Positions 32,666-42,684 of a stretch of 64,000 bases of DNA are shown here, piece by piece. The notes under the pieces are model-generated. The model searched no databases and had not been told where the DNA came from. It worked only from the letters and a program-made list of their open reading frames with translations. Positions within the stretch are counted from its first letter, which is position 1; every line of letters begins with the position of its first letter. The translations under genes were made by a program, and so were the position numbers. Source of the stretch: a virus. The stretch is taken from the IMG/VR virus record IMGVR_UViG_3300002153_000349, positions 3,176-67,175 of that record; one strand, 5' to 3'.

Positions 32666-33085
32666 ATGAACTTAGAATCAATCAAAGCAAACGGAATTAG
32701 TTGGTATGAACCTGCAAAATCTATTATCCCACATCTTACTACTCAAATTGGAATCTTTAAAATGAGACATTCGGATGGAGATATATTAGAAAAATTAACA
32801 TCTTTAGAAAATAATGCATATCACTTTGGACGAAGGTATAATGATAACGGTGATGTAGCAATTAGAATTGGTGGAGCAATCGTTAGACAAGCACAGGAAG
32901 AATACATTTATTCTAACATGGGTCGTAATTCAATGTCATCTGAGGAAACTCTTCCTCTTTTAGAAGGTATTATAGCAGCATGGTTCGATACTCTCTCCGC
33001 TTCTGAAATTGATACACTTATTATCGATGGACTTAAGTGTTGTGCAGAGACAGATCACTGGTATGAATTTGAGAAAGAATGGTAA
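32666..33085 (+). CDS. Hypothetical protein
   Basis: ORF after a class B element. Confidence 0.65.
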   Translation: MNLESIKANGISWYEPAKSIIPHLTTQIGIFKMRHSDGDILEKLTSLENNAYHFGRRYNDNGDVAIRIGGAIVRQAQEEYIYSNMGRNSMSSEETLPLLEGIIAAWFDTLSASEIDTLIIDGLKCCAETDHWYEFEKEW

Positions 33086-33315
33086 TGAATATCCATGATC
33101 GCATTGCAAGGATCGAATCAACCACTCACATCGTTAGAATCGAAGACAGTGTAGTATATCGGCAAAACGGATGGGAATTATTAGGAGATAATTTATTCGT
33201 TCACACTGAAGATAAATTATTATTCATGGACTTAGATGTAATGACTCTCGAAGAAGCATGCGACGCTGAAAGAGCTCTCACTAAAATAAAAAATAAACTT
33301 AATACAGATATTTAA
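33079..33315 (+). CDS. Hypothetical protein
   Basis: ORF in operon context. Confidence 0.6.
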   Translation: MVMNIHDRIARIESTTHIVRIEDSVVYRQNGWELLGDNLFVHTEDKLLFMDLDVMTLEEACDAERALTKIKNKLNTDI

Positions 33316-33325
33316 TATAAAATAT

Positions 33326-34258
33326 ATGGCAGCAGACTATGGATATTGTTGTATCAACATGACTCTTAAAAAAGAATCGAACATATATGTTGGTAGAAAA
33401 ATGATTAAAAGAACCTTCATGGAAAAAGGTATTAAATACGCATCAGAACTTGCGGTATTGAATATCAAGGACATGATAGAAATTATCAAGTGGAATTACA
33501 AGAACGACATAACAATGTATCGTATGTCAAGTAATCTATTTCCATGGATGTCGGAATACGAATTATCTGAACTTCCTGATTATGACAAAGTGTGTAATCT
33601 AATGAAAGGTGCAGGTAAACTTGCTAAGCAATATGGCCAACGATTGACATTTCATCCAGGTCCATTCAATGTTCTTGCTTCTCCAAATGAAAAGGTAGTT
33701 ATCAAAGCTATTAAAGATTTACGCCAACATGGCGAAATAATGGATATGCTAGATTTACCACAAACTCCTTACGCTGCTATCAATATTCACATTGGCGGAA
33801 CTTACGACGATAAAGAAGCTACTAAGAAAAGGTTTGCTGAAAATTTCAAGCGACTTACTCCAAGTGCAGCGAATCGTCTAGTTATCGAAAACGATGACAA
33901 AACAGCACAATATTCTGTACAGGATTTATATGACATACATCTTCTTACACAGAAGACGCCTATTACGTTCGATTATCACCATCACTGGTGTTACGAAGAT
34001 CCAATGCCAGAAAAAGAAGCTCTAGAACTTGCTGCTAAATCATGGCCTACAGGAATTCGCCAACTATGTCATTATTCTTCATGTAAACAAATACACGAAG
34101 ATGCTACACAGGGCAACAAACGTGCTCATGCTGATTATGTATATGACCATATTGAAACGTATGGCATGGATCTAGATATTGAACTAGAAGCAAAGGCGAA
34201 AGAACTTGCTCTTCAAAGATATAAGAAAGAGTTTTTAAAGGAACTCGTTCTATCATAG
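33326..34258 (+). CDS. uvsE: UV damage endonuclease (UVDE)
   Basis: GYCCIN, YRMSS, RLTFHPG, INIHIGG, LVIENDD, FDYHHH, HYS, HAD, EAKAKE. Confidence 0.92.
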   Translation: MAADYGYCCINMTLKKESNIYVGRKMIKRTFMEKGIKYASELAVLNIKDMIEIIKWNYKNDITMYRMSSNLFPWMSEYELSELPDYDKVCNLMKGAGKLAKQYGQRLTFHPGPFNVLASPNEKVVIKAIKDLRQHGEIMDMLDLPQTPYAAINIHIGGTYDDKEATKKRFAENFKRLTPSAANRLVIENDDKTAQYSVQDLYDIHLLTQKTPITFDYHHHWCYEDPMPEKEALELAAKSWPTGIRQLCHYSSCKQIHEDATQGNKRAHADYVYDHIETYGMDLDIELEAKAKELALQRYKKEFLKELVLS

Positions 34259-34269
34259 ATATATAAGTT

Positions 34270-34809
34270 ATGAAGTTTATTAAAACATTTGAAGATTGGA
34301 ATGGAGTTTCTCCAGAATTAAAGGCTCACGTTGAAGAAGGATTAGATCTTACTAATTCATTCTTTCGTTTAGGAAGTGATGCATACTCTAAATTGTTTGA
34401 AGAAGTAAAACAATATTGGGATAAAAACAATATTATTTTAAAGGGTCCATCCGGATGGATGGCTAAGAACCTAGAAGTAGGAACTAAAGCAGTATATAAG
34501 CCAAGAGGAGGAAATCAAAAGAATGTAAAACTAGATTCACCTGAACGAGGTGGCAATAAGAAGTTTATAGTATTTAGAAATAGTGGAAGAACTGATAAAG
34601 AAGGAAACATCATTGCTAAGAAATTAGAATGGGGAGATCCATCTTCTACTATTAAGAATGATGATCCGGGAAGAGCTGCAAATTTCTGGGCAAGACATGG
34701 TTGTGATAAAATGGAGAAGATGGATCCTACTAAAGCAGGATTTTGGGCTTGTTACGGACCTACTCTTTTTGGAAAACAAATAGGAATAAAAAGCGACCAA
34801 CCATGGTAA
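34270..34809 (+). CDS. Phage protein with a CTS-like N-terminus
   Basis: MKFIKTFEDW; C-terminal WGDP...FWARHGC...GFWAC; GATATATA 4 nt upstream. Confidence 0.7.
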   Translation: MKFIKTFEDWNGVSPELKAHVEEGLDLTNSFFRLGSDAYSKLFEEVKQYWDKNNIILKGPSGWMAKNLEVGTKAVYKPRGGNQKNVKLDSPERGGNKKFIVFRNSGRTDKEGNIIAKKLEWGDPSSTIKNDDPGRAANFWARHGCDKMEKMDPTKAGFWACYGPTLFGKQIGIKSDQPW

Positions 34810-35147
34810 ATAAAGATTGTAAATGTAAAAGCTGTGGATGTGGTAAAATGTCAATGGATGAAATGATTTCCATGGTCGATGATCAAACACTTCCTTTTAC
34901 TGAAACAATTATATCAGAAAATGTAATCATTAGAGAATTCCTACCAAATCAACCAGAACATCTTTTTAAATGGCACTTCGATGAGGAAGATAGAATTATA
35001 GAAGCCTTAAACGAAAATGATTGGAAGTTCCAATATGATAATAAGCTTCCTGTAAATCTAGAAGGATATATAGAAGTAAATGCAGGAGAGTATCATAGAA
35101 TTATACAAGGTACTTCTTCTTTGAAAATACAAATAACTAAAAAATGA
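34803..35147 (+). CDS. Small cupin-like protein with a Cys-rich N-terminus
   Basis: CKCKSCGC; WH.DEEDR...YHRII cupin-like pattern; ATG 34803 preferred. Confidence 0.55.
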   Translation: MVNKDCKCKSCGCGKMSMDEMISMVDDQTLPFTETIISENVIIREFLPNQPEHLFKWHFDEEDRIIEALNENDWKFQYDNKLPVNLEGYIEVNAGEYHRIIQGTSSLKIQITKK

Positions 35148-35626
35148 AACATATAAAGCTATTTGAATCCTTTGTAAACGACAAAGAAATTTCTACATGG
35201 GAAAAAGAGTTTGGTAAATTACCAATTCCTAAGAAAATTAAGGATATATCTAAAGAAATGGCTAAGGCCGGTTTTATTAGAAAAGATACGAAATCTGTTC
35301 AAGCCAAATTATGGATTGGATTAGAAGGAATTTCATGGATAGAAATGAAAGAAAAATTCGGAGACATAGTAGGTAAATTCTATGGTGGACAATTCTATCA
35401 GGCAATGACAAACCCTATGGCTGAAAAATCTGCATATTATGCGTATGAAGTTTCTAAACATGTAGAAGATCTAGCAGCGAATGATGAAAGCGTAGAACCT
35501 GCGTATTATATGATGAAAAATTACTTTAATTCATTTGAATTAAAAATCGATAGAAACATGGTATTCGATAGAGCAGTTAAAGAGCTAGAAGCCTGGATGA
35601 AACAAAATAAGATTAATACCCTATAA
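35144..35626 (+). CDS. Hypothetical protein with a CTS-like N-terminus
   Basis: MKHIKLFESFVND. Confidence 0.7.
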   Translation: MKHIKLFESFVNDKEISTWEKEFGKLPIPKKIKDISKEMAKAGFIRKDTKSVQAKLWIGLEGISWIEMKEKFGDIVGKFYGGQFYQAMTNPMAEKSAYYAYEVSKHVEDLAANDESVEPAYYMMKNYFNSFELKIDRNMVFDRAVKELEAWMKQNKINTL

Positions 35627-35679
35627 AAAGGGATATATAGATAGTAATTAACACAATAAAACAAATAAAATAAAAAATT

Positions 35680-36669
35680 ATGGCAAAATTAAAATCATTT
35701 GAACAGTTTTTATCTGAGATGGATAGAACTGAGGAGGTGCAACAAGATGTAGTTGCAACAGCTGAGCCAGTTGAACAATCTGAAGAAAAAGCGGAAGAAG
35801 TTCAAGGAAACGGTGATGCTATAGAAGAAGCAGTAAACGCATCCGGTTATATTAAAGCTGGCAAATTAGGTTACAATGACCAATTCTTAGGAAGAAGATC
35901 TTTATCATGGACATTATCTGTTGATTTAGGTTTAAAAGCAACAGACGAATTCGTTGGACCTTGGTTAGGATTCGATCACGTATCATTATACGCGATTGGT
36001 AAAAAAGGAGGAACAATTATTGATGACGCTCTAACAGGTAAATATACTTATGACGAATTAAAGGCAGCTGCTGCCGATTTCTTAGGTATTAAAGAATCTG
36101 AAGAAGTAATCGAAGATGAAATAGTTGAAAACATCGAAGCAGTAACTGAATCTGGTGAAGAAGCTGGTTTACCTGCTGAAGATTTAAAAGATGAAACTGA
36201 AGTAGTTGATAATGACTGCGAAACTCCTGAAGACAAATCAGACGAATTAGAAGCTGAATTAGAAGACACTGTTGATGCTGCTGGAAATGAAGAAATTTCT
36301 GAAGCTGAAGAAACTGAAGAAGTTGCTGAAGAAGAAGCTGAAGAGGTTGCTGAAGAAGAAACTGAAGAGGTTGCTGAAGAAGCTGCAAAGGTTTCTGATC
36401 TTTTACAGGAGGTTTATGAATCATGTAAAAATGAAGCTAAAGCATGGGCAGATGATGCACATGACGAGCATACTGTTGAAACTTATATGAAAGAAAACGC
36501 TGCATTAGTTGGAGCATTAGCTGCAAAGACACTTAAAGAAATGAAAGAAGATTATTCAGTTGAAGCTTATGAAGCTGCATGTAATGAAATGATCGAAGCA
36601 TATTCTAAGAAAGTGAATGAGATGAAAGAATCTGATTCAGCTGTTGGTGAGGAAACTCCAGAAGCTTAA
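35680..36669 (+). CDS. Highly acidic protein with a CTS-like N-terminus (possible prohead core/internal protein)
   Basis: MAKLKSFEQFLSE; Glu-rich EEVAEEE repeats; GATATATA at 35632-35639. Confidence 0.65.
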   Translation: MAKLKSFEQFLSEMDRTEEVQQDVVATAEPVEQSEEKAEEVQGNGDAIEEAVNASGYIKAGKLGYNDQFLGRRSLSWTLSVDLGLKATDEFVGPWLGFDHVSLYAIGKKGGTIIDDALTGKYTYDELKAAAADFLGIKESEEVIEDEIVENIEAVTESGEEAGLPAEDLKDETEVVDNDCETPEDKSDELEAELEDTVDAAGNEEISEAEETEEVAEEEAEEVAEEETEEVAEEAAKVSDLLQEVYESCKNEAKAWADDAHDEHTVETYMKENAALVGALAAKTLKEMKEDYSVEAYEAACNEMIEAYSKKVNEMKESDSAVGEETPEA

Positions 36670-36686
36670 TATTAAATTAACAATAT

Positions 36687-36727
36687 AAACTTTTTAAAGG
36701 GTTCATGTATAATACATGGACCCTTTT
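36687..36727 (+). terminator. Terminator hairpin overlapping a class A promoter
   Basis: aaagggttcatgtat-a-atacatggacccttt plus T; AAAC at 36687-36690 and TATAAT at 36708-36713. Confidence 0.65.
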
Positions 36728-36742
36728 TATTTATAGAGTAAT

Positions 36743-37249
36743 ATGCCAAGAATTTCAGTAGACGTAATATACATGCAAATAGCATATCAAATTTCTAAAC
36801 TTAGTTATGCTGAGAGAAGGAAAGTTGGTTGTATAGTAGTTAAAGACGAACAGATTGTTTCATTTGGGTATAATGGAACTCCACATGGATTCAATAACCA
36901 ATGTGAAGAAACCCAAACTAGAGATATAGACAATCCTGATCATAGAGAAATTCTAATAGAAAAAGGATATGAGTGTGAAGATACATGTTGTTCTAAGCAG
37001 GTCACTAAACAAGAAGTTTTACATGCAGAATCAAATGCATTAATGAAAATTTCAAAATCTACACTTACTTCTAAAGGATCGATCCTATATACTACTACTT
37101 CTCCGTGCTTTGAATGTGCTAAGTTAATTATACAAGCTGGCGTAGAAAAAGTATTCTACTGTGAAGGGTATAGGGATTTGTCAGGCATTTCTTTATTAAA
37201 AAAGGCAGGAATTATTGTTGAACAAGTAATCGTATGGAATGAGCATTAA
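36743..37249 (+). CDS. dCMP deaminase
   Basis: KVGC, GYNGTP, HAESNA, SPCFECAK. Confidence 0.92.
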   Translation: MPRISVDVIYMQIAYQISKLSYAERRKVGCIVVKDEQIVSFGYNGTPHGFNNQCEETQTRDIDNPDHREILIEKGYECEDTCCSKQVTKQEVLHAESNALMKISKSTLTSKGSILYTTTSPCFECAKLIIQAGVEKVFYCEGYRDLSGISLLKKAGIIVEQVIVWNEH

Positions 37250-37454
37250 TAAAATATTCTTACCGGAATTAAAACACTTAGAAGACTTTCTAAAAGATAA
37301 TGGAAGCCACGAATTATACAGAAGATATATTCAAAAGGCTGACGCAACAGTAGGACCCTCGGCATCCCATGCCTTTATAGAGGACTTTATGAAATACTAC
37401 AGAGAAGGAGAACATAATACCTTCTATATTATACCGCAGCTTAAACTTTTCTAA
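37239..37454 (+). CDS. Hypothetical protein
   Basis: ORF in operon context. Confidence 0.55.
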   Translation: MSINKIFLPELKHLEDFLKDNGSHELYRRYIQKADATVGPSASHAFIEDFMKYYREGEHNTFYIIPQLKLF

Positions 37455-37469
37455 GTTTAGGTGTATAAT
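37443..37469 (+). promoter_or_regulatory. Class A promoter
   Basis: AAAC at 37443-37446, N17, TATAAT at 37464-37469. Confidence 0.7.
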
Positions 37470-37487
37470 AATAAAATAGGTTAAATC

Positions 37488-38000
37488 ATGCAAACAACTG
37501 AAGAAAAAGATATTGTAAAATATCAGTGGAAAAAGGGAGATAATTTTGGTAAGGTAGTTGAGGTAGAATCTAAAGATTCTGAATTCACCTACTTCAAGAA
37601 TGGATCTAAAATTTTTAATAACGTATTACCAGAATTTTTAGAACTAGTAACTGCCGAGGGATTACCATTCCCTGGAACTGAGTTTATAGGAACTACACCT
37701 AAAAAAGCTCCTGTTAAAGAAATTGAAAAAAAGGTAGAAGTTAAAAAAGCTTCTTCTCCTCTCGGTCAATTAATTAAAACTTTATCTGCTAAGAATGTTG
37801 AATCATTTCAATTAAGCGTAGGAATCAATCTTCCTAAGAAAGAAATATTTGATATGTTAGTTGAAAACTCTGAAGAAGAAAAAGATCAAATCTTAGAAGA
37901 AATCTCTAAATCAGCTGTTTCTCAAATAGAGATAAATAACCTACAAGAATTTTTAAACGAACAAATAACTGAATTTGTAACTAATTATTATAAAATATGA
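37488..38000 (+). CDS. Hypothetical protein
   Basis: 170-aa ORF. Confidence 0.7.
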   Translation: MQTTEEKDIVKYQWKKGDNFGKVVEVESKDSEFTYFKNGSKIFNNVLPEFLELVTAEGLPFPGTEFIGTTPKKAPVKEIEKKVEVKKASSPLGQLIKTLSAKNVESFQLSVGINLPKKEIFDMLVENSEEEKDQILEEISKSAVSQIEINNLQEFLNEQITEFVTNYYKI

Positions 38001-38383
38001 GTCAAGCAAGAAAATACAGAAGAGACACCTATAGACGTGCCGGATTATTAAAGGCTAAAAACGAATGGGGAAGATTCTCTGAAAAAGGAATAGCATGGTA
38101 TGCTATGAAACAGGAAGAAGGAAAGCAATTTCAAGAGGCCCAGGAGAAAAGGGTCAATGATCAAATTGAAGAACAATTAGGTTCAAAGCTTAATTCATTA
38201 AAAGAAACGTGGACTAAAATAGGTTATAATAAGGAAGAGATTGATTTATTAGAGGAAGCCTTTGCAATGACTACGATCAAAGACAAAGAAACGTATAGAG
38301 CTGATAGAAAAGCAGCTAGGAAAATATACAAGAAAGTTCAACAATCTCTAGAAGAAAGATTAAATGCAGGAGATAACTCTTAA
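37997..38383 (+). CDS. Hypothetical basic helical protein
   Basis: ATGA coupling. Confidence 0.7.
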   Translation: MSQARKYRRDTYRRAGLLKAKNEWGRFSEKGIAWYAMKQEEGKQFQEAQEKRVNDQIEEQLGSKLNSLKETWTKIGYNKEEIDLLEEAFAMTTIKDKETYRADRKAARKIYKKVQQSLEERLNAGDNS

Positions 38384-38678
38384 GATAGCAGATAACGGTG
38401 TAATTAAAACCGTAACAGATGATAACATTAATGCGGCTGGTGAGAAATACGAGTCGGTTATCGTTTATGATTTTGATAAAGGCACCGATGATAGATTAAA
38501 TTTTATCAGGGATATCTGTATCGATGTCGGATTAGACTTTGGTAATTCAAAGCAATCTAATCAAATAAAGGTGGTTACCGAATGGGGAACTAATTACAGT
38601 CCCTCTGCCATCGAAACAAAACATAAAATCCAAACTTTACAAACTAAAATTAAAGAGTTGGAGAAAATGATAAGATGA
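38364..38678 (+). CDS. Hypothetical protein
   Basis: ORF in operon context. Confidence 0.65.
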   Translation: MQEITLKIADNGVIKTVTDDNINAAGEKYESVIVYDFDKGTDDRLNFIRDICIDVGLDFGNSKQSNQIKVVTEWGTNYSPSAIETKHKIQTLQTKIKELEKMIR

Positions 38679-39076
38679 CAACAACGACCGAAATTACAAT
38701 AGAATGCGTGTGGTGTAACAGTAGAAAGGAATTTAATAAATTCTGTAGAAACAACCCAGGAGAAACAGTGATAGATTTTTATAGCATTAGAAACAAGCTA
38801 GTTAAATCAGATCCCTATGACACTGAACCACATCGCTCTGTAATTGGTCTTGCAATAAGAGATTCTTTCATCAATGTTCTAAATAAGAATGCCGACTTAG
38901 AAAAAATCATTTACTTATTTAAAAATTTAGATGCAGAAACTATTGACAACTTTAAATTATTTTTACAAGAAACAATAGAACCTGATGCATCACTAAACTT
39001 AACAGTCATTAATAGAGATGATTATCCTAAAGGCGTTCTTAAAAGATTCGAAAGCGTCAAGATAATTGATCTATAA
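38675..39076 (+). CDS. Hypothetical protein
   Basis: ATGA coupling. Confidence 0.65.
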   Translation: MTTTTEITIECVWCNSRKEFNKFCRNNPGETVIDFYSIRNKLVKSDPYDTEPHRSVIGLAIRDSFINVLNKNADLEKIIYLFKNLDAETIDNFKLFLQETIEPDASLNLTVINRDDYPKGVLKRFESVKIIDL

Positions 39077-39666
39077 TGATAAGACATAAGTTATTTTCGA
39101 AGGGTGAAAGAATTCACGCCCTCGTATCCAACACCAGATATTCTCACATCGTATTCCCTGTTTATGCAGTAATTCATGACGTAAAGTTTGATGAGGATAT
39201 GCCAAGATATCAAATAAGAATTACTAAGTTTCATGATAACATAGATTTCTTAAAACGATATCTCTTCGGTATGAAGTTTTCAAAGGACTTTAATAATAGA
39301 ACTACAACATTCGGTCTTACTAGAAAGAACTATAAATCTATGAAAGATTTTCAGAATCAAATAGATTCTAAATGGGAATCTTATATGATCTCGGTTGATT
39401 CTGTAATGTGTGTTAAAACCAAGACAGAGGTAATAGATCTATTTAATAATATACAAGATTTCTTAATAGAAAAGAATTTTAAAGACATATTTGAACTCTC
39501 AAGCAGGAGTGTATATTCTTCTGGCAAATATTATTATCAATCACGGGGAGTATATGCTGCCCACCTCAAGAAGTTTTTAGGAGATAGAGAACCAAAGACG
39601 GATAAATATTATGATAAGCTTTTATATAGACCACAGTCAGACGATCTGGATGACATAGAATTGTGA
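39076..39666 (+). CDS. Hypothetical protein
   Basis: TAATG coupling. Confidence 0.7.
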   Translation: MIRHKLFSKGERIHALVSNTRYSHIVFPVYAVIHDVKFDEDMPRYQIRITKFHDNIDFLKRYLFGMKFSKDFNNRTTTFGLTRKNYKSMKDFQNQIDSKWESYMISVDSVMCVKTKTEVIDLFNNIQDFLIEKNFKDIFELSSRSVYSSGKYYYQSRGVYAAHLKKFLGDREPKTDKYYDKLLYRPQSDDLDDIEL

Positions 39667-39701
39667 ATATATAAAACCTAGTAAAAACATAATATTACAA
39701 T

Positions 39702-41459
39702 ATGCCATTATTTGGATTGATACCAGCGGGAGCCGCTTCGAGTTTAAAATCTTCTGTATCTGGCCTCGGAGACAAGGTTGATAACTTCTTTGACTTCTCT
39801 AGCCCGGATGGAGAAAGTGTTCCAAAGAACATAGATCCACAGAACACGATACTCGGAACTTACGATAACCCTAACACACGAAGTAGAGCCCTTTTAGTAG
39901 GAGAACCTTTAAGTAATGTTAGACCAGGGGGAAAGGCACAATATTATACACAAACAGCAGACTCTGTTGTATACTTTAAACGTGGAAAAGACGGTAAAGA
40001 TACTAAAGAAAAAATAACAGATGGTGAACACGCTTATTCTACATTTAATAAATACTCTTTAGTAAACTATAGAGGTAGTTTTTTTACACCCGGTGGATCT
40101 GCTAAATCAGCAGGGGTTGATGCTATTGAATACAATAAGATAGACGAGAGAACATTAGATAATCCTACTGTTTCTAAAATAGTTGAAATTACTAAAAACA
40201 ACGCGTCGAGTACAAACGGATATGGTTATATGTATAACTATGCTGATTTCGCGATGTGTAGATATAACGGAAAGATACCTAATAACTATCTATTAACTCT
40301 TAGAAGATTTCCATATCCTGTCCAAGATGATATTATTACGCCAATGGATATTGATAAAGATGGCAAGGTCCGTGAAACAGATCAGCCCGATATTGCTAGA
40401 GCGGTGACATGGATGAGTGAGGTAACTGGTAATAGTATGTCAGATATTATTAACTGGTCACATGGATATAATTGGAAAGATGAATCAGCTAGTATGCAAA
40501 CTAAGCAATCTAATAATTCAAGTAGAAGAGGTGCATTTGGTCAATTCTTAGATTCAAGTGTAATAGGTACTGCAGCCGCAAATGCAGCAGCTGGTGTCGA
40601 TGGAATAACAGCACAGAGAAGAAAAAACGGAGGCAGTGGATTTGACGCTATGTCAACTACATATCCTAATCATGTCTTTGGACCCGTTAACGTTATTAAA
40701 GATGTTTCATTCAGAGATCAAGGTCTTACGTTTAGTCAAGAATTTAAACTTAAATTTGAATATGAGTTAAGATCTTTTGGTGGTGCAAACCCTAAAGTAT
40801 TAATGCTAGATCAACTTGCAAATATAATGGTACTGACTTCTAGTCAGGCTCCTTTCTGGGGAGGTTCTGTTAGATATGTTGGAAACGGCTCTGCTGGTAA
40901 ACCGCTAGGTGATCTTAGTTTAATTAAATCCGGTAATTATAGTGGATTTATTAAAAGTGTTGCATCTGGATTAGGAGACATGTTTAAAGGAGTTGTTAAT
41001 GATGTAAAAGGATTAGCAAGTGGAAAAGATTCTAAATTCTTAAATAATATATTAGGAGGTACGTTAATGAAAATGTTTAACTCTCCATCAGGTGGACAAG
41101 GAGCAGCTTCGCTATTAACAGGAGATCCTACAGGTTCATGGCACTTAACGGTAGGTAATCCCCTTAATCCTATTATGTTGGTTGGTAATTTAACATGTAG
41201 AGAAACTAACGTAACATTTGAAGGTGGTATGGGAGTTCAAGATTTTCCAGAGAGAATGACAGTTGAAATCACACTTAAGCCAGGTAGAAGTAGAGATAAA
41301 TTAGATATAGAATCGATGTTTAATATGGGTAGAGGTAGATTTTATCTACAACCGGAAGAAGGAGTAGATATTAACAAGACATATATTGAAACAGCGTATG
41401 GTGGTAAAGATAAGAGAAAAGCTCTTAATTCTGAATTTAGAAAAATAGCTAACGGATAA
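39702..41459 (+). CDS. Putative baseplate/tail-tube initiator-type structural protein
   Basis: First gene of the baseplate cluster, after GAATATATA (39665-39673); context-based call. Confidence 0.5.
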   Translation: MPLFGLIPAGAASSLKSSVSGLGDKVDNFFDFSSPDGESVPKNIDPQNTILGTYDNPNTRSRALLVGEPLSNVRPGGKAQYYTQTADSVVYFKRGKDGKDTKEKITDGEHAYSTFNKYSLVNYRGSFFTPGGSAKSAGVDAIEYNKIDERTLDNPTVSKIVEITKNNASSTNGYGYMYNYADFAMCRYNGKIPNNYLLTLRRFPYPVQDDIITPMDIDKDGKVRETDQPDIARAVTWMSEVTGNSMSDIINWSHGYNWKDESASMQTKQSNNSSRRGAFGQFLDSSVIGTAAANAAAGVDGITAQRRKNGGSGFDAMSTTYPNHVFGPVNVIKDVSFRDQGLTFSQEFKLKFEYELRSFGGANPKVLMLDQLANIMVLTSSQAPFWGGSVRYVGNGSAGKPLGDLSLIKSGNYSGFIKSVASGLGDMFKGVVNDVKGLASGKDSKFLNNILGGTLMKMFNSPSGGQGAASLLTGDPTGSWHLTVGNPLNPIMLVGNLTCRETNVTFEGGMGVQDFPERMTVEITLKPGRSRDKLDIESMFNMGRGRFYLQPEEGVDINKTYIETAYGGKDKRKALNSEFRKIANG

Positions 41460-41461
41460 CA

Positions 41462-41935
41462 ATGAAATTATATAGCATAGATAAAAAACAAATATCTGAG
41501 GGTAAGTTGACAATGGCAGTCCCTACTTTTATTTTCATGGAAATGGCAGAAAGTTCAGTACAGGGTGTACATATTGTGGAGGATGACGAATCATGTAGAA
41601 TTGATTTAGTTTCATTAAGCGAATATGGTACACATGACCACGTTGATGCTATCTTAAAATTTAACGGGATTTCAAATCCATTTTCTATAAAGGAAGGAGA
41701 TGTTCTTTATATTCCTAAAATAGATGTAGCTAAAAAGAAATGGAAGCTTACTCTTAATAAGACTTATAAAAACCCTATCAGGGAACAGTTTATTAATACG
41801 AAAAGAATGCCAGTCAAGGATGCCAATAGAATAGAATACTTAAGCAAGAAATATAATAAAGAAATTCTGCCCCCTAACATTTTACAGTCAGGCCAAACTA
41901 ACATTGAAGTTACGAATGGAGAAATTAGAATATAA
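41462..41935 (+). CDS. Baseplate wedge protein, T4 gp53/LysM-like
   Basis: RIDLVS..EYG....DAILKFNGISNPF.I.EG..L.IP. Confidence 0.7.
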   Translation: MKLYSIDKKQISEGKLTMAVPTFIFMEMAESSVQGVHIVEDDESCRIDLVSLSEYGTHDHVDAILKFNGISNPFSIKEGDVLYIPKIDVAKKKWKLTLNKTYKNPIREQFINTKRMPVKDANRIEYLSKKYNKEILPPNILQSGQTNIEVTNGEIRI

Positions 41936-41950
41936 ATAAAAATAAAAATT

Positions 41951-42673
41951 ATGAAACGCATACAATTATTTGAACAATTTGTTAAAGAAGCAAAAAAATT
42001 AAAACCAATTAAACTTAGTGTAAAAAAATCTAGGAAAAACCCATATACATTTAGTGATAAAATGGATAATGAGGAATTATACAAATTGCACGTGCTAGCA
42101 CGTCAAATGGAGTTTGCAGATGAAGAAGAAATGGACGGATATAAAGATACTGATTATGAAAACGCAAAAAAACAAATCTTTAAAATTATGATGTCAAGAG
42201 GAGCTAATCCTTACCGTCAGAAAAAGACATGGGCTGACGACTGGGAAGAAGAAGAGTACGATATAGATGAACAATTCGTAAACGAGGCTCTAAAGGTTGG
42301 CAGAGACCAAGATCTAGCTAACGAAATTATAGCAGTACTTTATGCTGAAAGAGATACACCAGAAGGTGAAGCACTGAAGGCAGCTGGAGGAATGGTAGCA
42401 GGCGGAAGTACAACTGGAGAAGAAATGTATCTAAGCAATTGGAATAAAGATTCTGTTAAAGCATTACATGGTTCAAAGGTAAGAGTTCCTGGAAAGGTTA
42501 TGCTAGGTACTTTAATTGGAGTAGCAGCTGATAATGGAAAGAGTTACTATTTTGATGGTGGCGTATTCGTTGAAGGTGATAAAGACGTTAAAGGAGCTAA
42601 GGTAGGAATGGACTTTAGAGATTTTGTCGATATCCTCGTTAAAAAGAAGATCATTAACAAACCCACATATTAA
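41951..42673 (+). CDS. Hypothetical protein with a CTS-like N-terminus
   Basis: MKRIQLFEQFVKEA plus internal EQFVNEA; TATAAATA at 41931-41938. Confidence 0.65.
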   Translation: MKRIQLFEQFVKEAKKLKPIKLSVKKSRKNPYTFSDKMDNEELYKLHVLARQMEFADEEEMDGYKDTDYENAKKQIFKIMMSRGANPYRQKKTWADDWEEEEYDIDEQFVNEALKVGRDQDLANEIIAVLYAERDTPEGEALKAAGGMVAGGSTTGEEMYLSNWNKDSVKALHGSKVRVPGKVMLGTLIGVAADNGKSYYFDGGVFVEGDKDVKGAKVGMDFRDFVDILVKKKIINKPTY

Positions 42674-42684
42674 ACTAAAGGTAA

